A stretch of DNA of 64,000 nucleotides from Octopus vulgaris (GCA_951406725.2 OX597816.1:156674001-156738000), one strand, 5' to 3'; positions 13,084-25,439 are shown, counted from the first letter of the stretch. The notes: generated from the letters alone by a model not told the origin. Program-made: numbers and translations.

Positions 13084-13372
13084 GTGGAGGCGCAATGGCC
13101 CAGTGGTTAGGGCACCGGACTCGCGGTCGGAGGATCGCAGTTTCGATTCTCAGACTGGGCTTTGTCTGTGTTTATTGAGCGAAAACACCTAAAAGCTCCA
13201 CCATGCGACCCCTATTGTACTCTTTCGCCACAGCTTTCTCTCACTCTCTCTTCCGGTTTCTTGAGTAAAGCTGCGATGGACTGGCGTCCCGTCCAGCTGG
13301 GGGGAACACATATGCCACAGAAACCGGGAAACCGGGCCCATGCGCCTGGCTAGGCTTGAAAGGGGCGCAGAA
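13084..13372 (+). mobile_element. tRNA-derived SINE family C, body variant 1
   Basis: A box TGGCCCAGTGG, B-box-like GTTTCGATTC; head near-identical to 49749; body ctgcgatggactggcgtcccgtccag resembles Meta/V-type SINE domains (recall). Confidence 0.85.
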
Positions 13373-13431
13373 AAAGAAAATATATATCGACGTGAGTGTG
13401 TGTGTGTGTGTGTGTGAAGGTTCATGTTTCA

Positions 13432-13745
13432 ATGATTAGAGCGTCGGGCTCACAATTATGAGGTAGTGAGCTCGATTCCCAGACTGTGCTGTCAGTAGTG
13501 ACCTTGAGGAAAACATTTTGTTTCATGTTGCTCCAGATCAGTCAGCTGTAGAAATGTGTTGCGACGTCACTGGTGTTAAGCTGTACCGGTCTTTGCCATC
13601 CCTTTGGGTAACATCAGTGGCATGGAGTGGGGAGGTCGATATGCAAGGGTGACTGCCGGTCCTCCATAAACAACCTTGTCAGGACTTGTGTTTAAGAGAA
13701 GTTTCTAGGTGCAATCTCATGGTCACTGAAACCGATGAAGCTCCA
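13432..13745 (+). mobile_element. Older tRNA-derived SINE (family D), CORE-like
   Basis: Degenerate head (gctcgattccc), then gaccttgaggaaaacatt and gctccagatcagtcagctgtagaaatg. Confidence 0.65.
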
Positions 13746-13776
13746 TACCCTTATATATATATATATATATATAATA

Positions 13777-13939
13777 GGCGCAGGAGTGGCTGTGTGGTAA
13801 ATACCTTGCTTACCAACCACATGGTTCCGGGTTCAGTCCCACTGCGTGGCATCTTGGGCAAGTGTCTTCTACTATATCCTCGGGCCGACCAAAGCCTTGT
13901 GAGTGGATTTGGTAGACGGAAACTGAAAGAAGCCCATCG

Positions 13940-14023
<84 letters not shown>

Positions 14024-14246
14024 TGTATGTGCGTGTTTGTTTGTGTGTCTGTGTTTGTCCTCCTAGCATTGCTTGACAACCGATGCTGGTGTGTTTATGT
14101 CCCCGTCACTTAGCGGTTCGGCAAAGGAGACCGATAGAATAAGTACTGGGCTTACAAAGAATAAGTCCCGGGGTCGAGTTGCTCGATTAAAGGCGGTGCT
14201 CTAGCATGACCGCAGTCAAATGACTGAAACAAGTTAAAGAAAGAAA

Positions 14247-14250
<4 letters not shown>
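13777..14250 (+). mobile_element. SINE family A, full length
   Basis: Head ggcgcaggagtggctgtgtgg; internal (TA)n ~13944-14021; tail tgactgaaacaagt-aaaga. Confidence 0.92.
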
Positions 14251-14287
<37 letters not shown>

Positions 14288-14809
14288 GGGGTGCGTATGT
14301 ATGCGTATAGATACACATGTCCTCACACTTTCACACACGCACATATATGCTGAACAACTTTGCGGTTTACCAAGTATTAGAAAGGAATATTCCATATTTA
14401 ATTTGCGTTCTCTTTCTCGACACTTGATGTATATGCTACTGTCATCACGACAAGTAGACCTTACTGGTGTTTATTTTTCATACATTGGAGTATTTCCTCC
14501 TTTTATGTTTGGTTACTGCATTCATTTTTTGTTTATAATCGCTGACGTATATCGATTTGACATATAACCAAGTGAGTAAAATTACAATTTCACCTGCACA
14601 GTAAATTATAACCTTATCGAGAGGCAAATAGGAAAGGTAAGCTATCGAACTGACTAGTACAAAACAATCGTTTCTACTTTTGAATTCAGGTCTGAAATTT
14701 TGGAAGAAGGGCTAATCGATTACACTGCCTCCAGTGCACAACCGGTACGTATTTTTGTAACTCTGAAAAGATGAACGGTTCTGTAAGTTTGCCACCTTGA
14801 TACATACAT

Positions 14810-14990
14810 AGATCGGTAGCCACTACACACATCTTTTTCTCTCATTGTTTCTTTCTCTGTTCCTTTCTGTGGAAGAGCGTAGGCTCGGAACGTAAAAGAC
14901 TTTTTCAATTCCCAAGCGTTAGTCTGATACATTTGTTTGTTTTCTACACCACCTGTCTCCGTCTTTAGCTTTTTTCGTGAATACTCCCTA
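14810..14990 (+). mobile_element. ~175-bp mini-element family M with minimal hammerhead-like fold (14863-14899)
   Basis: Inverted homolog at 50152-50327, partial copy at 33735-33815; CUUU-CUGUGGA-A-GAGC-GUAG-GCUC-GGAAC-GUA-AAAG. Confidence 0.7.
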
Positions 14991-15094
14991 TATATATACA
15001 TACATACATACATACATACATACATACATACATACATACATACATACATACATACATACATACAAACGTACATATACACATATATATGTATAAG

Positions 15095-15138
<44 letters not shown>

Positions 15139-17274
15139 GAGAGAGAGAGAGAGAGAGAGACTTCGTTTTATCTTCCATTGTTACCAATTTTTCCTTTTTT
15201 CCCCCTGACTTTATGCAGATATTTCCACATATGCATATATGTAGACGCAAACACACACACATACACACATATGGGAAATGATCCGATAATCTAAGTTACA
15301 ATAAGGTGGCATATAAATTATAAGTGTGCATGTCATTATGTCCGTATATCTTGGGTTATAATCTTACTGTAAGCTAGAACTTGTGAGTGGTAAGTCATGC
15401 CAGAATATTCTTCGTGAATGATTCATTTGTTTTAGCGTAATAACAAAAGGATAGATTTGCTCACGAGAGCTTTAATAAGACTAAATTGGAAACAAGGCGA
15501 CCTAGTGCGATTACTACTAAAATTCTATCAAAGGGATCCTCGAACCATTACGTGTTTAGGCCAACCTAACTGTATGGTAAAATAAAGATAAAATATTCCT
15601 AAAATGCCCCTCTATAGATTCGAACTTGAAATTATGTCGGTGAAGAAGCGCACATCTTAAACACGTAACAATACTTTTACCCAAATGATCAGGTTTTCAG
15701 GAAGAGGAATAGAGTTTGTTAAAGTTATTCATATCTTTAACAAAAGCGCTAAGTGCTTATAGTTGCATTGAAACGTTATAGCGTCTAATATTACTCTAGG
15801 GTGAACACCGGTAACAAATAATAAATATTAGTTTCTTTTCCCAAAGACATTAGCAGCTTAAGTGAAGTTATATGGTTTCAAACGGAAATTAAAATTGAGA
15901 TGGAGTCTCAGCTATTCGGTTTAACTAATTTATGGACATCATTCGCCAATAGAAAATTGTAAATATTTCACATATCCATTGTCAGAAGATGGTGTTAACG
16001 ATGAAGACTATAGGCACTCCCTCGACCTCGTACAATGATCTTGAAAGTGAAGTGCACTTTGTGTAATACAGTTTTAGATATCAAAAATGATATCAGGCAG
16101 GACTAAGTAGATAATGTACACACACACTCACACACACACATATATATATGCATATTTTTAATCAACGATGATCTGAGATTAAGAGGAAATAATATTACGA
16201 TTGACTCAAGTTTGAGGGGCATTTCCCGAGTATTTCTAGTAGTTCGGAAAACATTGTAGAATCTTCATTAGTGGGTGTGTGGTCGGCTAGCTGGCTGTCC
16301 AGTAAAGCAGTTCCAGACTTAAACCCATTCCAAGTATGCTATTTTCTCTCATCTAGGTCTAATGTATGTTACTGTGTGATTTCGGTATTATTTAGCTGCT
16401 CTTTCTTGTAGCATTACCAACAGTGCTGACGCACAGTAACTATTGCAGCACATTTACTCTGTCGTTTCATATTTCCTGAAACAATATATGCTTCGCCAAG
16501 AGACAGGCGTTATTGATTTTACACGGACAGTTAAAATAAGAGTTTTTTGGAATGGTGTCTCTTCCAAGAAAACATATATCAACAATCTAAGTCAACAAGG
16601 TATCGAAGCTTGACTTATGTACTCAACGTCCTTATTCAACGTACGACTAGACAGTAAGCCATGACACTTTACCCTATTTCCAGGGAACATGAACCTAATA
16701 ATGATTCAGTCATGCCTTATAGAAAATAGGTGGCATGCATAAAAGTAAGGAATAAACAAAATGTACAACATCATCAGAAACTCACATATTCATCTACATA
16801 TATGGAATTCCTATGTGGGTGCCTACCTTGCTATGATAAGTAGGTAGATATCCATTAAATTTTGCATTACCGTGACTAATGCGCAATTAATATTGCATTA
16901 TAAATAACAGTTACTTTAATAAACAGAAAGTGGATGTTGATGGCTGAAATGTGTTGATAATAATTTTGCTTATTCAAAGGAGACTTACGTCTAAACAACT
17001 TTACGACTATATTGACCTGACACTAAATGATAACGAATTCTATTTAAAAGGAAATGCTTAACTTTTACATAGAATGAAAGCGGAATATGTTACATCTGTA
17101 ACAGTAAAACTTTGGTGGGAATTTAATTGCCGGATTTGAAACTAGACAACATATTCTGAACTTTTAAATTCTCCACTTCTCTTTCGCTCCTTAACACTCT
17201 ATATGTCAGTGTCTCTCTCACACTTTCTCTCTCTCTCACTCTCTCTCTCCCACTCTCTCTCTCTCTCTCTACCA

Positions 17275-17311
<37 letters not shown>

Positions 17312-17422
17312 CTCTCTCCACTATAGTGGGATTGTGTAAATAACTTACCGAAAGCCATTGCTTCTACGGAAAAGTGCCAGTCTTCCAGAGAGATAGATAT
17401 GAATTCAAACAAACAAACTCAA

Positions 17423-17469
<47 letters not shown>

Positions 17470-18169
17470 TACATACACACACACTCACACACACTCACAC
17501 ACACACATACGCACGCACGCACAAAATAGAAATATCTGCGCATACAGATGCAGATACAAGCTCCTTCTTGCCCGAAGGAAATACTTGTAAATTGTTGTAA
17601 ATGTTTCAGCTGTAATACAAGTAGGCAGCACAATTTCAAACCTGTATCCCCAAAGCTTACCTCCACAATTTTCTCACATCAGATGTTTTATACGTAATAA
17701 CAGAGGGAAGAACTATATGAACAATTTGCAACGAATTTGAATCTATTTTTCCTTGACCATGAACTCGCCAAGAGCTAACTAACATCAAGTACTAACAACA
17801 ACATACACTGCCGAATACAGATTTGAAATGAAATGGCTTTTGAAGAGGAAACTATATATTAAAATGCTTCTAATGAGACATTAGTGATATGATTTCATCA
17901 CTAGTATAATTTTTTCCACATACAAAATAGCTAAAACATACGAGATTTGAAAATAATAAAGGGAAAATTAAATTGAAACTCAAACTTAGAATGAAGTAGA
18001 GTTAAGAGGAGGACAAAGGAAATGATTGAAGAATAAAATATTAAGTTTAATTAAAGTAAAGAAAGAAAATTGAACGATTAAATCAAGTCCATTGAGATAT
18101 GACTTCCAATTAAAAATTGACAGACATATCAAATGTATGCGAGTGTGAGTCATTGTGTGCATATATAAG

Positions 18170-18425
18170 TATGCATGTATGTATGTATGTATGTATGTAT
18201 GTATGCATGTATGCATGTATGTATGTATGTATGTATGTGTGTATGTATGTATGTATGTATGTATGTGTGTATGTATGTATGTGTGTATGTATGTATGTAT
18301 GCATGTATGTATGTATGTATGTATGTATGTATGTATGTATGTATGTATGTATGTATGTATGTATGCATGTATGTATGTATGTATGTATGTATGTATGTAT
18401 GTATGTATGTATGTATGTATGTGCG
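18170..18425. repeat. (TATG)n microsatellite
   Basis: Direct reading; source of the MYVC/HTYI ORFs. Confidence 0.95.
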
Positions 18426-18914
18426 TGTGTACTTACATATATATACGCATATATATACAAATATACATATATACACGCACACAGTATTTTATTTACACAA
18501 GTAATATTTTATTTAACAATTTCATTTTTTCTCATAAGATTGTGCGTGGACGTATGCTGTATGTGCATACAAAATATACAAAGATATCGATATCACTATG
18601 TGTATTTTAGTGCACATGTGTGCGTGTATATGCACATATCTATAAGTATGCATAACATTAAATAAAAACTCTATGCAAAGCACGTACCCTCTTATTGAAG
18701 AGATACCTCGAAAATAAACTTGAAAGACAATATGCCGACGCGCATTTTCTAACAGCTGCAAGCCTACATGCCACACAAAGAATTAAATTATTATTACACC
18801 ATATTTTCTTTAATCATGAGCTGCACTCTATCCCTCGCAATCGCCACAAACGTTGAGTCTCACTCTTGCGAGGATCTCTCTGTCCGTGAGCACAATTTTC
18901 ACATAACTATAACC

Positions 18915-19145
18915 TATTTCTTCACTACCCACAAGGGGCTACACACAGAAGGGACAAACAAGAATAGACAAACGGATTAAGTCGATTACATCGACCCCAG
19001 TGCGTAACTGGTACTTATTTAATCGACCCCGAAAGGATGAAAGGCAAAGTCGACCTCGGCGGAATTTGAACTCAGAACGTAACGGCAGACGAAATACGGC
19101 TACGCATTTCGCCCGGCGTGCTAACGTTTCTGCCAGCTCGCCGCC
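18915..19145 (-). mobile_element. tRNA-derived SINE family B (Nin/Deu-like block), full length, 18-bp TSD
   Basis: Head ggcggcgagctggcagaaacg, B box gttcaaattcc, block ctttcatcctttcggggtcgattaaataagtacc; TSD tttcacataactataacc at 18897-18914 and 19146-19163. Confidence 0.93.
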
Positions 19146-21235
19146 TTTCACATAACTATAACCGATCCCAATGACCGGCTTGTGCCAGGGAGATAAGACA
19201 AAATCAAATCCTTGACAATCAATAACATTCTACAAAGTTAAAGCGTGGCCCACCACAGACTATTGTCCAATTTGCATTCAGAAAAGTCTCTCACGGACAT
19301 GTTCCATTCTCTGATCTACATGCCACACAAAGTTCTCATTCTTATTTTCGATCTATATTATAATGACTGCTGCACGTGTGAACTGACTGAACTCGGGCCA
19401 GCCTCATAACGATATTTCCTAACCATTAGTCTCTCTTCTTTTCACCAGACTTGTGTCTTATCCGCTTGATCCAGCATTAAACAGTAGAGCCAGTCCTTTC
19501 TTCCCTCCAACAATTCCACAGGCTCGTGTGTTTCCCGTGAGTATTGACTTACAAAGTTTCAACTAAAATATAAATGACGGTTATGCCGACTGCTTTACGA
19601 GAGCTTGCGAAGGACATGGGTACATATTTTTCCGCTAGATCTGGCAAGTGAAAGTATATTCAAAATACATATGGATTACTTTCTAACTATGGGAATGCTT
19701 TTGATAAATCAATGAGCGTCACATCAAACAACATATACTCTTATATAGATGACATCAATCGTCATACATCATTAAATTTCCCTAAACATGCATCTTCCCA
19801 TCTCAACCGAAACGCGACAAACCAGAACTAAATTGATCTCAAAATTGAAAAATGTGACAGTATCCACCAGAGAGACCATACCAGTTTAGTGTGTTATAAC
19901 AAACAAATAAATATATATGTAAATACAATGCTAGCATTAATCCTATCACTAGAGATTTAACTATATCGAGCGGCATTTAGAGCTCTTTTCGTCACATGAA
20001 ATACAAGGCCCATCTAGTTTCATGTATCATTTTCATAGGATTTTCTTCTAGAGCTTTGGAATGTTATATATTAGTTGTCTTTTATAAACAACGAGTAATT
20101 GAGTTAAAATGTTGTCATGTGATGTGAAATCCATTTTCTAAGGAATGCATGCTATTCCTTAAGGGGTTTGAAAAACTAATCAGAGATCGTTTGGATGACG
20201 CTGACGGAATATTTCCCTTTTTATATAATTGGTATAGCATCCACGAGAGTTTTGAAGAATTCTGATTTTAGACTTTTGCCCCCGTCCCATTAATCAAAGC
20301 CTCTCATAACATTTGTCTATGTACTGTATGAGTATAAGTACGTATGTGTATAAGTACGTATGTGTATAATAGATTTTCTCATTCTTTGGTAAATGAAGCG
20401 TACAGTGGTTAGCAGTATAAAAACGTGACCGAGAATACTTCGGGAAGGATTCCTTGATGAAAAGTCATGAAGATTCAAGAAAGCATTTTTTAAATCAAAT
20501 AAACTATTTTTGTTGTATACATTCTAGTTGTCGACAGGTAGACCTAACTTTTGATGTTATTTGAAGCTATGAGAAACTCTTGAACGACGAAAGTAAGGCT
20601 GTTTAAATACCTACTGTTTTACAATGTGAAAAAGCTCGATATTTCTTCAATTAGTCACCTTTTTCTAACTGCGAGGAATAAGAATCACAAAACATAGTTC
20701 AGCTTAGTCACCTTTGGTCACCTACTCTGGCAATTAATTTCAGGGGCGTAGAATCAGTGGCAAAGACTTTACTTTTACTGTAACTGGACCTAATAGAGGA
20801 CTTTAAAGGATATCACTGATGGCGTTTTGTTGATCTGACTCTATCGATCACCAGAAGATATTTATTCCATAATTGCTGCTTCCCAAAAGATACCAGTGCT
20901 GGATTAACTTTTCAGCAGTACGCTTAGGTGAACTCTGTCGAAACATCTACTTCAGCCAAGACAAGACATAAAACATCTTGGGGATCTCTGCCAAAGCATT
21001 TATAATTTTCATCAAAATTTTGTAGACGATTCGTTCAGCAGTTTTCCATCACAAAAGCCACGTGGTTGAAATCTAGAATTTTTTCTGTACCCCTGGGAAA
21101 GCATAAGTTTTTTATGAGATATTAGTTCATTGTAGACACTAAATATCTGTTTTGAATATTGGGGTGACGGAACTCTGTCCAGTAATTTCTTCTGGAAGAT
21201 AGTTAAAAGCAGATGCAAGTTCATGTCAATAACAT

Positions 21236-21937
21236 TACTGCTGTTGTTTGTCAACAACAACTTCCGGTTGTGTATATTTCGTTCGTCACTGTTATATATG
21301 ACATATTTCCTCTCAGTTACGTTCGTATGAATAAACGAGTGTAACTAAAGCATGTTTACTTCATGACACCACCATAATCATTCGTGCATTTATACTGCTT
21401 TTAGGTTTTTTTCCTGTTTCCCTGAAATTTTTTGCCCCCACCCACCTTTCCCATCTCCCTCTAATTTCTTCATTTTTCACTTTTCCGTAGTCCTAACCCT
21501 AATACCCCAACCCTAACCCTAAAACCTCAACCCTAACCTTAACACTAATACCCCAACACTAAGCCTAACTCTAAAACCCTAACCCTAATCCTAACCCCAA
21601 GTAGAAAAATTGTTGTAAATAGTTTTTAAAGCTAAAATCAGCACAAACGCATGAACGATGTCATAAATAACAGTAACAAACGAAATATACAGCACCAATA
21701 GTTGTTGTTGACAAACACCAGCAGTAATTTTATTCTGCTAAATACACGTCATTGATTGGCTGAAATTACCTAAATACGACAGCTTTAACAAGAAATAACT
21801 TCGAAAATAAAATTTTTGTCAACAACTCTAAGAGCAAAAGTTGTTCTATATGACACATTCTACCAGTATCCGAAGATTCAAAGGGTTTAGTTAGAGAAAA
21901 TCAAGTAATCGAGCTGCCCAAGAAAAGGAAAAGATCC
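21236..21937. mobile_element. Non-autonomous DNA transposon with inverted arms and a telomere-like core
   Basis: 21236-21303 is inverted relative to ~21659-21727; both arms match 62780-63220; terminus aggaaaagatcc. Confidence 0.75.
21492..21600 (+). repeat. Degenerate (CCCTAA)n interstitial telomere-like repeat
   Basis: cctaaccctaataccccaaccctaaccctaaaacc... Confidence 0.85.
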
Positions 21938-23615
21938 TCTATCAAGGCATACAACAGAATAGTATTTGACCTCATTTATTGTTGCTATGATGTCTGAGGC
22001 AATGAAGGTTATGTCCGAGATTAACATATATACACACATACACACACACACAGACACACACACACATATATATATATAAACATCTATATATAATATATAT
22101 ATATATATGCATATATGAATAACCTTATATATATATATCAAGAGAGAGATAGAGTGGCAAGAGAGTCAGACAGAGAAAGAGAAGTGTGTCTGTGTGTGTG
22201 TCTCTATGTGTCAGCCTGTGTATGTGTGTATGTATTTCAAAGTATATAACTTTTCGGAGTTTTTCATAAAAATTATGCATTCATGTTTTTCTTTTTTTTT
22301 TCCACATTTTCAAAAATGTTTGTTGATTATATTCACTTCACTAGTGCTTGTTTCTCCTTGGTTAAACATTCAATATTCTCAACATATGCCAACTCACAAT
22401 CCATCAAACTTATATATTTTTATAAATAATATATCACAAAAAAGTATATAAACTTGAAAGCAAGAGAATGTTTATTTGACAAGTTTAAATATAGTTCATA
22501 TATTTTTAAAATTCAATACTTCTAGTCTCTGTGTTTTGCTGTTCAGAGTTGATCATTCAGTTATATCGAGTTCACATTGGCACAGAGGTGAAGAATTTGT
22601 TTTATCCAACTATAGATTTAGTGTTTCTCTTATAATCGTGTATCAGGCATGGCTCATTTAATAAAACGTTAACATCCTGTGCTTTAGCATTTTCTTCGAA
22701 GATATAAATGCTTTGAGAATATTAAGTATTCGCTCGTTGCTGGCCAAACTCATTGCTTAAAATTAGTAACTTTATAGAAAATGTTAAACTATCGACTTTG
22801 CCAGCTGCTATTCATAACATATTTTCCTCATTAAAACAATACTGGCAAATATATTGGGTGCCTAGTTGAAAATCAATTTAGTTCAATGTCATTTCTTTTA
22901 CGAGGGTTCACTTCCCAACAATCCTTTTCTGGAATGGTATATATTAATATTGGGTTGCTTAAGAAATTTGGAAGCAATATATGTAGCACCCAATATACAA
23001 GATCACCTGGTTGTACACAGGTTTCACAGAGTGTCACTCTACATTGCTATGAAAAAATATATTTTAACCCGGAACCCTACTGAGGTGACTGGGTAATGAC
23101 CCGAGATATATTGTACACTTAGTGTGTGAACAGGAATGAATTTACATTACGTCTTTTTCGTTGGGCTCTTACTACGAACATACTTTAACTATCACGCTTT
23201 CCAAATACATCACTGTATAATCGACAAGGGCTTCGTTAGATTGACCGTTGCGTTCGCTGAATCCTTTCCGCTCGAGGTTGGTATAACCTGTTAAAGAATT
23301 GCCCCCGCTAAATAAATGATGTCTACACATTTTACATAAAGCCAACGTTTTTTAGCAATGCTCGTACAATACTATAGACTATGAGACTCATTGTAATGCA
23401 TTAATGGGAAAATACAGCGAAATATCAGTTAACATATGGTTCATGCCAATTCAAGTTTGACATGGCGGTTTGTTTCTCATTTTAGATATTTTAGTTACTT
23501 GGCTCATCATTTCCGGTTTCTCTGCGTACATGTAATACTTCAAAAACGCGTGAGATCTTCTGGTTAATGAATGCATTTTCAATGAATAATGGGACATTTA
23601 CTCATCACTTAGAGC

Positions 23616-23616
<1 letters not shown>

Positions 23617-23648
<32 letters not shown>

Positions 23649-24090
23649 ATTTGGCTCAAAAGCAAATAGCAAGGCCATGTAGGGGGACATGGAGTTAAGT
23701 ACAGGGTGGTGTTCATGTAAAGAGTTCAGGCCACTTGAGGTCCAGGGAGGCTTTGAACAAAGCGGTCGTTGGCATCTTCACCATCTCATCTGGCAGATTG
23801 TTCCACGGATCCGCAACCCGGACGGAGAAAGCTCCTCTCCTTCGATTGAGATGAAATCATCGCAGGTAGAGCTTTTCGGAATGACCCCGCAGCCGACGCT
23901 CCGGAGCAGGAGTGAAGAACAGCTCTTTCGAGAGGTTACACTTCCCGCTTATGATGTTGTGGGCGAGAATGAGATCACCACGGCGGCGGCGTTTTTCAAG
24001 AGAATAAAGGTCGAGCGTCCTCAGCCTTTCTTCGTAGGACAAATTTTTGAGACCATGAACCAGGCGGGTAGCCAGCCTCTGGACTCTTTC
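23617..24090 (-). mobile_element. CR1-like LINE 3' end with (TAAC)n tail
   Basis: Minus translation ERVQRLATRLVHGLKNLSYEERLRTLDLYSLEKRRRRGDLI..RGHSEKL..FSVRVADPWNNLP..FKASLD; one internal TGA; (gtta)n at 23618-23648. Confidence 0.92.
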
Positions 24091-25080
24091 GTTGATGGGC
24101 TACTGAAAATTGTGGTGAAATGTAGGAATACCAAGGCGAGTTAGTGTGTTGAAAAGGCATCAGAGGCATATCGCTCTAACTATGAGGAAACCGCTTTAAT
24201 TCTCAGTGGCTCAGTCCAACTAACTGTAAATAATTACTAAAAATAGATACAGGTTATTAACAAAAGAATCAAAAGCTTTATTAAACCAAGAATAGAGTTT
24301 AGAATTTGTATCTATATGTACTACACAGAGCAGCCATTTTCCTCAAATCACGTGTGGAAGCTGTCCAAAAATTACACAGGCGTACCGAAAAATATAGTCT
24401 CAGAAAAATTGTCCCAAAAACGTCCTCATGTTCAAAATGTGGTCACATTTGATCCTGTTTCAAGAAAACCCATGCAACAACAACAGCATCAGATTCAACA
24501 ATGGAGACCATACCTATATAATGCTTTCAAAGGAGTTTCTTTCGCTTTTAGTTTTTAATTCCAATTCTCCTATAAATCTGGCTAGGGCAAGCAGCAGGAG
24601 GGATACACTTCAGTGTATTTATCCAATAAAAATCCCCGAATTCGACAAGATCAACAAGTTCATTCTCCCTACGCTACATGCAACAGCATTAACTGATTCA
24701 AAACCGTACACAGCTACGATAGCGATAACAACTTCAACAACAGCGGTATCAGATACAATACGAATTTTCTTATTCAAAGCAACCATCACCAACTCTCTCT
24801 TTTCCAACATTCCGTTATTCTAAAAAGAAACGATCTAGTGTGTTAAAACATTTATTTTCAGTTTCGTTTGTTCAGAACACATCTAGACATTGATTTTCTT
24901 ATTAAAAGCATTGATTTCCATAAAGTCTTGACAAATTCAAGATTGACTTAACAAAGAATACAGAACTTCTTAGGTTTCCTAATGGAAGACAATGAAGATA
25001 AATAAAATAACAATAATAATGCAGTACGTTCGTATTTGAATGATGGAGATACTACAGCGGATTTTACTGCTGCTGCTAGC

Positions 25081-25157
<77 letters not shown>

Positions 25158-25275
25158 TAATAATAATAATAATGATAATAATAATAATGATAATAATGAT
25201 AAGAAGAAGAAGAAGAATTATAATAATAATAATAATAATAATGATAATAATAATAATAACAACAACAACAACAAA
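25081..25275. repeat. (AAT)n/(AAG)n/(AAC)n microsatellite
   Basis: Direct reading. Confidence 0.95.
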
Positions 25276-25439
25276 AACTAGAACGACTACAACAACAAGC
25301 ATAATAATGATAATACGAACAATATATAGCAATAATGACAATAATGAAAATAAGAATAAGAAAATTAAACAACATAAAGATAATATTACAAAAAACAGAG
25401 ATGATGTCTATGATGCTCAAGATGAATTATGAAAATACA

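Noticed and set aside
13084-13160. tRNA-like A/B boxes as tRNA genes (also 13777, 49749, 63722)
   Set aside because: They run directly into SINE bodies present in multiple copies.
20820-21235. Possible Merlin/ISXO2 transposase relic (AEVDVS..QHWYLLG on minus)
   Set aside because: Similarity too weak, frames broken, and it lies outside the neighbouring inverted arm; needs an HMM search.
23689-24144. 151-aa + strand ORF
   Set aside because: Antisense shadow of the CR1-like LINE on the minus strand.
24500-24515. WRPY as a Groucho-binding motif of Runt/Hes/Ripply
   Set aside because: Not C-terminal, and no Runt, bHLH or Ripply domain nearby.
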